Source: Raja brachyura (lineage: Eukaryota). Taken from it: a DNA stretch of 64,000 nucleotides. The translations under genes were made by a program, and so were the position numbers. Position 1 is the stretch's first letter. Every line of letters begins with the position of its first letter. Of this stretch, positions 11,401 to 22,186 are shown piece by piece. The notes beneath the pieces are model-generated. The model was not told the DNA's origin and did not search any database. It was given only the letters and a program-made list of their open reading frames with translations. The stretch spans positions 31,000,001-31,064,000 of the forward strand of contig OY740807.1 of assembly GCA_963514005.1 (NCBI GenBank), read 5' to 3'.

Positions 11401-11705
11401 GGCATGGGTCGCAATGGTAGAGTCGTGGCCTTATGCGCCAGAGACCCGGGTTCAATCCTGACTACGGGTGCTTGTCTGTACAGAGTTTGGACGTTCTCCC
11501 CGTGACGTGCGTGGGCTTTCTCCGCGCTTTCCGGTTTACCCCCACACTCCAAAGACGTACAGGTTTGCAGGTCAATTGGCTTGGTATAACTGCAAATTGT
11601 CCCTAGTGTGTGTAGAATAGTGTTAATGTGCGGGATCGCTGGTCGGCGCGGACTTGGTAGGCCGAAGGGCCTGTTTCCACGCTGTATCTCTAAACTAAAC
11701 TAAAT
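11401..11705 (+). mobile_element. HE1/V-SINE-like SINE
   Basis: B-box gggttcaatcc, central domain, tail gggcctgtttccacgctgtatctc(taaac)n. Confidence 0.9.
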
Positions 11706-12277
11706 AGGAGTGTTGGATCTTGTGTGATTGCCTCTGTTTAGTTCTCAGCTATAATCAGAGGCCTTCCCCCTTCCCAAGATCCACCCCAAGCCCCCGTTCT
11801 CCTGGTGTTTTGCCAACGCAAGCTTGCCTTTCATTCCCATCTTGACATCTCCTTCATTAGCTTCTAAAACTGTCCCAAATGGCCACCCACATTACAAGGA
11901 CTGAATCTCGGGGTTTCCCCCTCAACATTCTGCCAACATCAATGAATGCTCCCAATCACATGTCTGAAAAGTGATCCAGTCTTCTCAACTGACCAATGTA
12001 AATGCAAGCCAGCAATGTATACCCAAGAGTCAACAGCAGGAGCTGTCCTCCTCAATTTACAAATGCTCCATTTACAAGTTCTTGCTGTAACGTCATTGAC
12101 TATTTGGAATACACGATTCTGATACACCAATCCATTTGTTGCCATAATGAATAAATGACACTTGTCCACCTATGTGAACGTACAGCGCCAACATTCCACG
12201 GCACATTTCCCCCAAACGTTTCGATTTACATTTCACTTGACAAAACATTTTCCAGGAATACATCCCTTTAATTACAT

Positions 12278-12535
12278 TTAAGGCGAAGGGGAAAATAGGA
12301 ACCCGAGGGGTAACCTTTTCCACACAAAAAGGGTTGTATGGACGGAGCTGCCGGAGGAGGTAGTTGAGGCAGGGGCTATCGCACCGTTTAAGAAGCACTC
12401 AGAGAGGTGCATGGATAGAATAAGTTTAGAGGGATTTAGGCCAAAAGCAGGCAGGTGGGACTAGTGTAGATGGGACATGTTTGTCGGTGTGGGCAAGTTG
12501 GGCTGAAGGGCCTGTTTCCACGCTGTGTGACTGTA
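12278..12535 (+). mobile_element. HER1/CR1-type LINE 3' fragment
   Basis: aggaacccgaggggtaacctttt...caggtgggactagtgtagatgggacatg...gggcctgtttccacgctgtg. Confidence 0.85.
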
Positions 12536-13011
12536 AATGAGAAGGACCCAGAGGTTTCAGATGACAGCAGCTACAGACTCAAATTTAAAAGCAATAACCT
12601 CTTGAACATTTAGACACTGACAGGTGCTGTAATTAGTATCCAATTGCGGGAACCAATGCAGAGCCCATCTTGCCCTTCTGTCAACAGATCACACTTGCAG
12701 CCAATTAGACATGTGCAGAGTACGTGATCGACAACTTCCTCCTGCTAACAGTGAAACTCTGGGCAAAACATTGCTTTTGACAGCCACACTCCGTCTCACT
12801 CAAACACAAGGAGCACAAAGTGTCAAAGACAAGTAACATTTTGCCTTTGCTTTTCCAAGCCTCGATCGCTCATCGCTGCGCGATTAACATGCCGCAGCTG
12901 TGTTTAACCTCAACAAAATCCCGCCGCGGGTTTGTCACGGCAGAAGCGGGATTAGTTCAAGCGTCGCCCTTTCTGGAAAGACAATCTTTCCAGCAACACG
13001 GACGCATCCCC

Positions 13012-13041
13012 TGAGAGAGAGAGAGGGAGAGAGAGAGAGAG
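13012..13041. repeat. (GA)n microsatellite
   Basis: Directly visible. Confidence 0.9.
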
Positions 13042-13112
13042 CTGGAACGTCCATTGCAAAGTGGAAAAGAAATAAACACTAAAGTTCCATGCACAGCATT
13101 CCATCACAACAT

Positions 13113-13243
13113 TAAGGTCATAAGGAATAGTAGAATTATGCCATTCGGCCCATCGTCCAATCCGCCATTCAATCATGGCTGATCTATCCCTCCCTCCTAA
13201 CCCCATTCTCCCCATAACCTCTGACACCTGTACTAATTAAGAA
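13113..13243 (-). mobile_element. CR1 3' terminal fragment
   Basis: gccattcggcccatc...ccgccattcaatcatggctgatcta is the reverse complement of the CR1 end. Confidence 0.85.
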
Positions 13244-13339
13244 TTAGAATTATGCCTGCGTTTGGCCCAAGAATCATTGCAGGGATTTCTGCCCATCATT
13301 TCTATGCTGGCTCACAGGGTAACATCATTCTCCACTGTA

Positions 13340-13540
13340 ACCTCTTCTGCCCCACATTCCCATCATCTCTCCCTAGATTTTGCCACAGTAGAGGCAATTT
13401 ATACTCGCCAATTAACTATCAATCTGCACATTTTTTCAGGTGGAGGAGGAAACAGGAGCATCTGGAGGAAATATACACCGTCACAGGGAGTTCATGCAAA
13501 CTCCACAAAGACAGCACTCGGTGGTCAGGATTAAACCACA
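13340..13540 (-). mobile_element. Degenerate HE1-like SINE fragment
   Basis: ggcaattta..ccaattaac..gtggaggaggaaacaggagca..gtcacagggag..caaactccaca..gtcaggatt. Confidence 0.6.
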
Positions 13541-13542
13541 TT

Positions 13543-14110
13543 TGACTTTAGACTTTCGAGGTACAGCGCGGAAATATTCGCCCCACCGAGTCCACAATGG
13601 CCAGTGATCACACCACACACCAGGGACAATTTACAATTTTACTGAAGCCAATTAACCTGCAAACTTGAAGGTAGACAAAAGTGCTGGAGAAACTCAGCGC
13701 GGGCAGCAGCATCAATGGAGCGAAGGAAATTGGCAATGTTTCGGGCCAAAACCCTTCTTCAGACTGATGTAGGGTGGGGCAGGGAGAAGAGGGGAAAAAG
13801 GAGGAGGAGCCCAAGGGCTGAGGGAGAGCTGAGAAGGGGAGGAGACGGCCAGGGCTACCGGAAATTGGAGAATTCAATGTTTATGCCACTAGGGTGCAGA
13901 CTGCCCAAGCGGAATATGAGGTGCTGCTCCTCCAATAAGCAAACTTGTACAAACTTGTACGTCTTTTGAACGTGGGAGGAAAGAGGAGCCCCCCGGAGAA
14001 AACCTACGCAGTCACAGGGAGAACGGGCAAACTCCGTACAGACAGCACCCACAGCCAGGATCTCTGGCACTGTAAGGCAGCAACTCTACCGCTGTGCCAC
14101 CGCGCCACCC
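13543..14110 (-). mobile_element. HE1-like SINE interrupted by a PLE
   Basis: Tail at 13543, head ctctaccgctgtgccaccgcgccaccc at 14085-14110. Confidence 0.85.
13668..13938 (-). mobile_element. PLE 3' end (GIY-YIG C-terminus plus hammerhead-bearing pLTR)
   Basis: Encodes LEEQHLIFRLGSLHPSGINIEFSNFR*; reverse complement ctgaagaagggttttggcccgaaac; 9-bp TSD gcaaacttg at 13659-13667 and 13939-13947. Confidence 0.88.
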
Positions 14111-14977
14111 GTTTGCTGGAGCCGTGATTGTAATTAACTGGGTGGCTGTGAGAGTGGAGACCGACTGCGATGAGAGATGGTTCTGGGAAGCAACGTTGCT
14201 CGTGTAGGGGAACAAAGACCCTCAGGGCAGCCAGCAACAGGGTAAAATGGAGGTATCCGCAGAGGTCGGCAGCGAAGTTGTAGCCACTCACCAAAAGCTG
14301 TTTCCCAGGCGTGCAGGACATGCCAGCTGAATTCTAAAGCCCTCTATATACACTGGCTTTCAACTTGGCAAGATGCAAAGGTAGCAAGCCAGATTAGTAA
14401 ATAAAGACCCTGGTAATGAGAGACATTCAGCAAGAATGAATTACTCAGCTTTCAATATGCCGCTGTTGATCAGCCAAAAATACTCCTGACCCTTTCATCA
14501 AGAGAGCAGGTGTTCCCTAACGACCTTCTCTTCAGAGAAGAACTGTAGAACTTCGGTGGCTCCCGGCAAATTCCCCGCTGGAAAAGCTGGTGTTGAAAGG
14601 TGAAAGCTGTCGTAACCCGTCACCACTGCTCCTGTCTTTGTTACCAGACCTGGCCAGAAAGACACTTTGACTTCTCCTGATATCAATGGGTGCAATGTGC
14701 TGCCTTGCGCTGTGCTTTAATTTAGTTTAATTTATACCAGGCCAACGAACCTACAGGCCTGTACATCTTGAGGCTCTGCTTCCCCCCCCCCCTCCCCCCC
14801 CCGGCTTTACAAAACTCTAGTTTTTCACTTTTCCATTCGTGCCTCATTTTTGACCACAGCTCAATTTGTCCCAGATGCCCACTTCTCAACTGCGATTCTC
14901 ATTTTAGAACCAATCCCACAAGGGCAATCATCAAATCCATCTTTCACAAGCTGATCTGCCCTTGCCTATTAACATCC

Positions 14978-15250
14978 TAGTTTAGTTTAGAGATGCAGAG
15001 CGAAACAGGCACGTCGGCCCACCGAGTCCGCGCGGCCCAGCGATCCCCACACACTGACACTACCCTGCGCACTCTAGAGACAACCCACCAGCCTGTACGT
15101 CTATTGAGCGTGGGAGAAAACCAGAGATCACGAAGAAAACCCACGCAGGTCACGGGGAGAACGTACAAACTCCGCACAGACAGCACCCGTAGTCAGGATC
15201 GAACCCGGGTCTCTGGCGCTGTAAGGCAGCAGCTCTACCGCTACGCCACA
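14978..15250 (-). mobile_element. HE1/V-SINE-like SINE
   Basis: (tttag)n tail, ggatcgaacccggg (B-box reverse complement), head at about 15250. Confidence 0.9.
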
Positions 15251-15784
15251 GTATTGTACTGTGGCATGTTAGCATTGTAACATGTTCCCGACTGGTCAGC
15301 ATTTCAGTGAGCCAGGCTTTCTCCCCTCCTCTTCTCCATCCCTGCCAACACTAACACGAATTTGGCAAAAAAAGTAAGTTATGCTTACAGCATTTTCACC
15401 TCCATTTTTCTCTCCAACTCAGAAACTCAATCTAACCACATTCATTTCACCTTTCCTTTTGTAAACGTCAAGCCTTGCCAACGCCATCACCTTTTAAAAA
15501 TTTTGCACAATGTCTCTTCCATTTCAATCCTTTCCGCTGTGTATTTAGCTTTCCTTGCAGGTTATTTTTTATCCCACTCCAAACCCGCTGCTCTGCTATT
15601 TCATACAATGCCAGAGAATAGTTCTCTCCCTTAGTTTAATCCTGACTGTTACCTTTACCCTCTCGCCTCACTCAAAAGATAACTCGATGAAATTATCTTT
15701 CAGCTCCAGCCATATTTCTAATCTTATGCACCACTGGACCCCGTATTGTAGCAGACCGACAGAATCCATGGTGGAAATATAGCA

Positions 15785-15893
15785 GAGATAGGCACAAAAT
15801 GCTGGAGTAACTCAGCTGGTCAGGCACAGAGTTACTCCAGCATTTTGTGTCTATCTTCAGTGTAAACCAGCATCTGGAGTTCCTTCCTGCACT
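15785..15893. mobile_element. PLE pLTR-derived fold-back element
   Basis: 28-bp inverted repeat 15786-15813 / 15829-15856; flanking direct repeat aaatatagca / aaatacagca. Confidence 0.8.
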
Positions 15894-16848
15894 AAAAATA
15901 CAGCAAAGCTGATTTTCATCAAACTGTCCTCGCCTTCTTAACCCATGTCACCAGAAGACTGCAGTTGTTCTTAAAGCCGCATTGACAATGTAAGCTTTTT
16001 GCAGCAAGTTAATGGCTTAGTTAAACTGAAATGTCAGTTCAAATAATATTTAACTTGACATCTTTCCATTGATTAATAAAGGGAGGTTTGGTTATCTGAC
16101 TAATAAATGATAAACCAGCTTTACATCAATAATATTTTAATTTTTTGTCATACATAACGTGCTGAAGTTCAACCATTGTAAATTTTAAATGATTGTTTTC
16201 TCCTTATGCAGCCTAAAGCCTCGCGCTGTCATAGTCGACACTCAGGAGATGTGTTTTTAATCCCTAACATGCCAGGCACACAGCAGGAGATCCCTTGAGT
16301 CTGGGAGCTTCACTTGTTTGTCAGTGCTGGAGTTACTGGTGGTTCCCAATCCAGAAAGCCTTGAAATGCATCGTGTCATAACTGGGAAATACATTATCTC
16401 TTCCCTGGTGACATCCCAACCATCAGAACATAGGACAAGAAAGAGATCTATCAAAATATCAAGGCAAATCTTATAAGCTGCTGCATTCAAAGATGAGTCT
16501 GTTCAGGTCTGATACAGAATTTCCAGATTAAAAACACTATGGCAGGACACTTCATTTGCCCCATGCGGTTTTGGGGAACATCTAATTTGTTTGAATATTA
16601 AGCGCTATTTTTTTGATAAGTGCACTGAATGGATCTTAGTGCATTCGAGGATTACAACCAGCACTAAAGATGCTCCAATACACCTCTTATTGGTATGGCC
16701 ATGATTCAGTGGTGAAGTTTCGATGTTGGTTTAAGTTCATTATTGTCACATGTGCTGAGGAACAGTGGAAATCATTGCTTCGTATGCTATCCTAACGGGT
16801 CAGTTATGCCATACATTGATAAATCAGTCCAGACTAAAGTACAATATA

Positions 16849-17042
16849 CAGTGAACACTCGTTTTAACGGACCTCTTTATAACGGATTTTGGTTATGGTG
16901 GTCGGGCCTGCCGACGGCTGCTGATGCCAACCCAGCTCCTGCCACCTCACCGGCTGCTTAAAGCCCCGGCTGCCCACGCCAACCCTTACAGCCCCCGCAG
17001 CCCCCACACCCACCGCCTCCCTGGCTGCTTAAGGCCCCAGTT
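16849..17042. mobile_element. Possible truncated Tc1/pogo(Tigger)-like element end with GC-rich internal repeats
   Basis: TA|cagtgaacactcgttttaacggacctctttataacgga resembles a pogo-type TIR; second TIR not found. Confidence 0.4.
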
Positions 17043-17079
17043 ATAAAAACTCAAGTACAGGGGATAGATTGACGAGCAC

Positions 17080-17200
17080 GGTTGTCAGGGGAGATGGCAG
17101 GAGAATGGACTTGAGCGGATGAGATAGATCAGCCATGATTGAATGGCAGAGTAGACCTGATGGGCCGATTGGCCTAATTCTGCTCCCATCACTTATGAAT
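17080..17200 (+). mobile_element. CR1 3' terminal fragment
   Basis: gatagatcagccatgattgaatggcagagtagac...ggcctaattctgctcc. Confidence 0.8.
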
Positions 17201-17959
17201 AGAGCAAAGGGGAAGACACAGAGTGCAGAACAGAGTTCTCAGAACAGTCCCAAAGGCAACCAACGGAACAACATACTGATAATGACCAATTGATCCTTGC
17301 TGTGATTGTAACTGCAGTCTCGGCACCACAAATTAAGCTTAAATTCACTGGCCATCCCACACTTCATCATACACAATGCAGCATTTCAGTACGAACACAC
17401 TTCAGCCTAATGAATGATGAAGCTGTGCTGGCATCTTAACCGTACAAACACAGGTCAATTTTGCATGACTTGATCAATTGGAATGTGGCACAAAACAGTT
17501 TCAGCTTCATTATAGACCACCTAACTAGTGTGATTTATTAGGAAGTCTTAAGCCCAATGTCTCGAAGTATCTTATGGGGAATTGAGCAGATATAAATACA
17601 TGGTTGCAGAGGAATCAGTGCTGAAAAGAGATTTCAAATTTGACTCTCCGGTTTTCAATCCAGTAAACACCTATTATATAAACAGCCGTGGCAGTGAGAT
17701 AACAAAAGAACAATCAGAATGACCTGCGAAAAGTTAATCAGCACCAAATTCAGAAAATATTGACGATTAGGTTGAACAACGAGGTCTTCCTTTTTAAAAT
17801 GTTTCACTTTTTCAGAGCAGAAAATAGTGCACATCACGAGCATTGTTGTCCCTGGTCCAAGTTACAGGCTAGGTGGGAAGACTGGGCATGTTTAGCACAG
17901 TACCATTGGTAAACAAGTGCTGGAGAAACTCAGCGGGTCAGGCAGTAACCCTGGGGAAC

Positions 17960-18186
17960 ACTGTGGACATCTCTGCCACAAAAGGCAGTGGAGGCCAATT
18001 CATTAGATGTATTCAAGAGAGAGTTAGATTTAGCTCTTAGGGCTAACGGAATCAGGGGATATGGGGAAAAAGCAGGAACAGGGTACTGATTCTGGATGAT
18101 CAGCCATGATCATATTGAATGACGGACGGTGCTGGCTCGAAGGGCCAAATGGCCTACTCCTGCACCTACTGTCTTTGTTTCCATGT
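17960..18186 (+). mobile_element. CR1 3' fragment nested in a PLE pLTR fold-back (17912-18300)
   Basis: ctctgccaca..ggcagtggaggcc...gatcagccatgatcatattgaatg...cctactcctgcaccta. Confidence 0.85.
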
Positions 18187-19763
18187 CCCTAATACGGATA
18201 GGTGACATTCCGGGTCGGAGATGCTGCCTGACCCGCCGAGATACTTGCGCACTTGGGTGTCTCTTTTTTTTTGTAAACCAGCATCTGCAGTTCCTTGTGT
18301 GGCCATTTGTACAAATCTCTCTCAGTGAGAGGGTCTGAGGTTGACAATCAGAAAATATGCCTCCCTTCACAGAGTGCGTTCAAATGCGTTTGGCAGGAAG
18401 GATCGATTCTTCAGACTGAAAAGTTGAAAATAGCCACACAATCCAGAGACACTACGGAACCAAATTCAATGATAGCAATCACACATCCGTGTTCTTTGGC
18501 AAATGAATTGAGATTTCAATTATTTGCGGGTGCCCAAAACCAGTTTTGCAAGATAAACTGCTCTGCATTCCCTATATGCACCAGCCTTTATTCGTAACAT
18601 TAAACTGCTATTCAGGATACAGCTCAAACGTATCACCAATACAATATAAAAGTTTCATACAAAATTTGGATATATAATGGATATTAATTGCTTGAAAATT
18701 TCAACAGTAGTTTGCATTCGCAAACAATGATTTATCTCGAGGTGATATCAGTTTTGATCCTGACACAATATAACCAACCTGTAGGTCCCATTCGCCTTGG
18801 CCAAGTGGCTCGAGCTGGAAATATTAAAGTAAATGCGCAAACGTACTTACTTCCTCAGAGCACAATGAACGTCCCGCCACGCACCCCACGCACAACAGAA
18901 GCAAGTGTCCCTCCACAGTGGACCCAGTGCTGGTCTTCACCGCTCTATTCGCAAGAACCCTAAGAGCATCACAAATCCTGTCCTGCGAGTTTGTTCCATT
19001 CAAGTGAAGCTCTGGGCATGAAATTTACAGCATTTTCTAAGTTGTTTGCCTTCCTCCCTTGTGGTGTCGGATAACATCCCAAAAATTCCCCAGGCCAGCA
19101 TCAATATATATATCTGATCTTCAGCTTAGTGGCGAGGAATGCATAATTGACTCTCTGCAATCAACACAGTAACAGCTTGAACCTGCACATTGACACCGTT
19201 GCTTATCAATCGTCCCACAAACCCCCCCTCCACCCCCACCAAAAAAAAAATCTGCTCCCATAGAATTCATCTCTTAAACGACTTCTGTTTCTTGTTTTTG
19301 TTTTGTTGTCCCCGGGATGTTTAAAAGTCTGGAGTAGGAGCTTTGGCTAAGTGAGATAAAAAGGCGTTGCTTGGTATTAGAATTCCACACAGTCATCAAG
19401 GGCCTTCCTCTAAAGACGGTCGGTCACCAGAGATGGCAATCTGCTGCGGTGTGCATAGCTTGATGGACTGCGGGACTATAATCAACTCTTTGAATGATTG
19501 CTCAATTTTGCAGTGGGACGCGGCGCCTCGTCTCCGCAGCTCGCAACTGTTTATTTTAACTGCGCTGAGAATGGCAAACAGTCCCGCCTGTCTTGGTGTT
19601 CTTCAGGCCCTACTGAGGCAACTTAATAGCCTCCAGACCCAAGTCAAGGATTGTGTTACCATTAAGAACAATACTTACACTATACTCCATTTCCTCCAAA
19701 AGAGGTGTCTGGACATGTATCCACACTTATGTCAGTCTAACTGGGATGATTTACACTTCCCCA

Positions 19764-19787
19764 GTGTGTGTGTGTGTGTGTGTGTGT
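19764..19787. repeat. (GT)n microsatellite
   Basis: Directly visible. Confidence 0.9.
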
Positions 19788-20207
19788 TTGTGCGAGAGCT
19801 GCTCTAAATTGGACAGCTCGCTTGACACAGAATGGGGTCGATATTGCATTACAGTTGTGTGCAGTGCATCTGCTTCCTTGATCCCTATCCAGGGAAAGCA
19901 ATGGTATTGCCCGGTTAACCAGAATCACTAAAGTTGAACCACTATTCTCGTTGTTGCCATCACATACAATCGTAGGCTGTTAGACGCTGCCCTCCCATCC
20001 GTCAACAATACAAGTGGCCGGTTGTTAATCCACCCCTCGGGTCAAGCTTAGTTTATCTGTACAGTCAAAAGTTCTAAGCAGCGTTCAGCAGGCAAACGCT
20101 ATGTTATTTTTGCCCAAAGGAAGGGAGGTCATTCTTCAATGTCGAGATGTCTTCGGTTGCCGGCTCCGAACTTCTTGCCTCTGGTAAGCAGTCCATTTCA
20201 TTATTAA

Positions 20208-20782
20208 AAACAAGGAACAGCAGATGCAGGCTTACAAAAAAAAAAGACACAGAGTGCTGGGAGTAACACAGTGGGTCAGGCAGCATTGCTGGAAAATATG
20301 GATAAGTGGTGCTTCGCATCTGGACCCTTCCTTAAACTGCTGAAAGGTCCCTAGCCTGAAAAGTCACCTATCCATGTTCCCAGTCTGAATAAGGGTCTCG
20401 ACCCGAAACGTCACCCCTCCCTTCTCTCCGGAGATGCTGCCTGTCCCGCTGAATTACTTTTGCATTTTGTGTCCATCTTCGATTTAAATCAGCAACTGCA
20501 GTTCTTTCCTACAAAGGTGTCTGTGGAATTCGCTGCCTCAGAGGGCGGTGGAGGCAGGTTGTCTGGATGCTTTCAAGAGAGAGCTAGATAGGGCTCTTAA
20601 AAATAGCGGAGTCAGGGGATATGGGGAGTAGGCAGGAACGGGGTACTGATTGGGGATGATCAGCCATGATCACATTGAATGGCGGTTCTGGCTCGAAGGG
20701 CCGAATGGCCTACTCCTGCGCCTATTGTCTGTTGTCTATTGTGCTGGCTGACCTGCTGAGTTACTCCAGCACTTTGTGTTTT
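20208..20782. mobile_element. Nested PLE pLTR fragments (- copy, two tandem + hammerhead-like cores) with a CR1 insert
   Basis: - copy 20208-20335; degenerate + core 20337-20370; + copy 20382-20512; tail resumes at 20742. Confidence 0.75.
20517..20741 (+). mobile_element. CR1 3' fragment
   Basis: gtctgtggaattcgctgcctcagagggcggtggagg...cctactcctgcgcc(tattgtc)n. Confidence 0.88.
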
Positions 20783-20829
20783 TTTTTTCCCCCATTCAGG
20801 GACCTGGTGAGGGGTGTGTAAAGATATGA

Positions 20830-21120
20830 AGCAGGTACATCCCTTTTATCTTATTTTCTTTATATTTTCCTTTTTTAATTTTTATTTTTCTTTCTTTTAC
20901 TCTTTCTCGAGCTCTACGTCTTCATGGGCTCTTTTTCCCCACTTTTTCACGTACTATTAATATCACTATCTTATCTAACTTTCTCTATTTCGCTTTTTCT
21001 TCCTTCTGCTACTGTTCCATGATTAAAGTTTAAAACGAGAAGTGGCACATGATATGTATGATATTATTTTTGGTTCATTCTATTGTACATTACTTCTAAT
21101 TAATTTTTTTTTTTAAAAAG
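20830..21120 (+). other. T-rich low-complexity tract, possibly an L1-type 3' UTR
   Basis: Pyrimidine-rich run ending ttgtacattacttctaattaa; family assignment is a guess. Confidence 0.3.
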
Positions 21121-21234
21121 GAATGTATGAATTGTTGCCATCGGGACGTGATGTACAAGCCTCCAGAAACCCTGGGTGGTGGGGCGGGGGTGAAAGACAA
21201 GACATACGTCCTCTTCCTGATTGTCATCTTTGTG

Positions 21235-21310
21235 TAGAAACAAGGAATTGCTGATGCTGGTTTGCACAAAGTGCTGGAGTAACTCAGCTGGTCAGGCAGC
21301 ATCTCTGGTG
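21235..21310 (-). mobile_element. PLE pLTR fragment
   Basis: aaggaattgctgatgctgg...gctggagtaactcagctggtcaggcagcatctctgg. Confidence 0.7.
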
Positions 21311-21944
21311 GACAGTGTGCATTATGGTTTGCCTTCTAGGCAGATGCTTTTCTTCCACTCTTTGGAGATTGATACATTTATGTGACATTCCTCAATTTAA
21401 CAAGTTAGTCGTGGAGGCGTTCTACTTACAGTAAACCTCTGCTGAAGCAATGAACAGAGAAATATCTTATAAACACTCAAAATGTTTTTGTGCAGTGTCA
21501 TCACCAGGCAATTTTAGTTTTGTGTTTTAACATTCAAAAGATGAAAATCATTTCAAATATAACAGCAAGTTAATTAGTTAGGATGGAAAAGGCATTTTCC
21601 ATGGAAAATGGATGGGAGTGCGGGCAACTTTTATCACATTTACTTTTCAAAGGTTCTTTCTATATTGGTTTATAAACAAAATTGCTGAACCATTGCCTTC
21701 TGAATCTAACAAGTCCCCAGAACCTCAAAGCTTTAAGGAGACACAGGAGACCTCAAATGCTGCAATCTTGAGGTACAATAATACAAAGTACTGGAGGAAC
21801 TTGGCTGGTCAAGCAGCATCTGTGGAGGGAAATGTTTCAGTCAGGATTCCGTACACAAGCTACCTGGCCCACTGAGTTCCCCAAATCACTTTGTTTTATC
21901 CTCATAGCTTAGGCCTGGAACTAGATAGCGTATCCTCCCTAAGT

Positions 21945-22175
21945 GAGTCTGAAGAAGGGTCTCGACCCAAAACATTCTTGATTAGTGCAGGTGTCAGAAG
22001 TTAAGGGGAGAAGGCAGGAGAGTGGGGTTAGAGGGAGAGATAGATCAGCCGCGATTGAATGGCGGAATGATGGGTCGAATGGCCTAATTCTGCTCCTATC
22101 TCATGACCTTATCACCCAAGCCTACTCTCCAGTGATGCTGCATGTCCCGCTGATTTACTCCAGCAGTTTGTGTGC
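21945..22175 (+). mobile_element. Hammerhead-bearing PLE pLTR insertion containing a CR1 3' end (21976-22110)
   Basis: gagtctgaagaagggtctcgaccc; 13-bp TSD atcctccctaagt at 21932-21944, with the second copy split by the Harbinger. Confidence 0.8.
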
Positions 22176-22186
22176 ATCCTCCCTAA

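Larger units (their letters stand above)
16735..17245 (-). mobile_element. Rex1-like 3' UTR fragment with nested insertions
   Basis: tttattgtcacatgtgctgagg..cagtg and gagcaaaggggaagacacagagtgcagaa are reverse complements of motifs at 29150-29280 and 37355-37410. Confidence 0.6.

Noticed and set aside
14292-14333. Possible 42-nt minus-strand exon (AG...GTGAGT)
   Set aside because: Poor polypyrimidine tract and no recognisable peptide; such matches are expected by chance
18851-18959. Possible 109-nt minus-strand exon ending GTAAGT
   Set aside because: Open frame, but the peptide is unrecognisable and there is no other support
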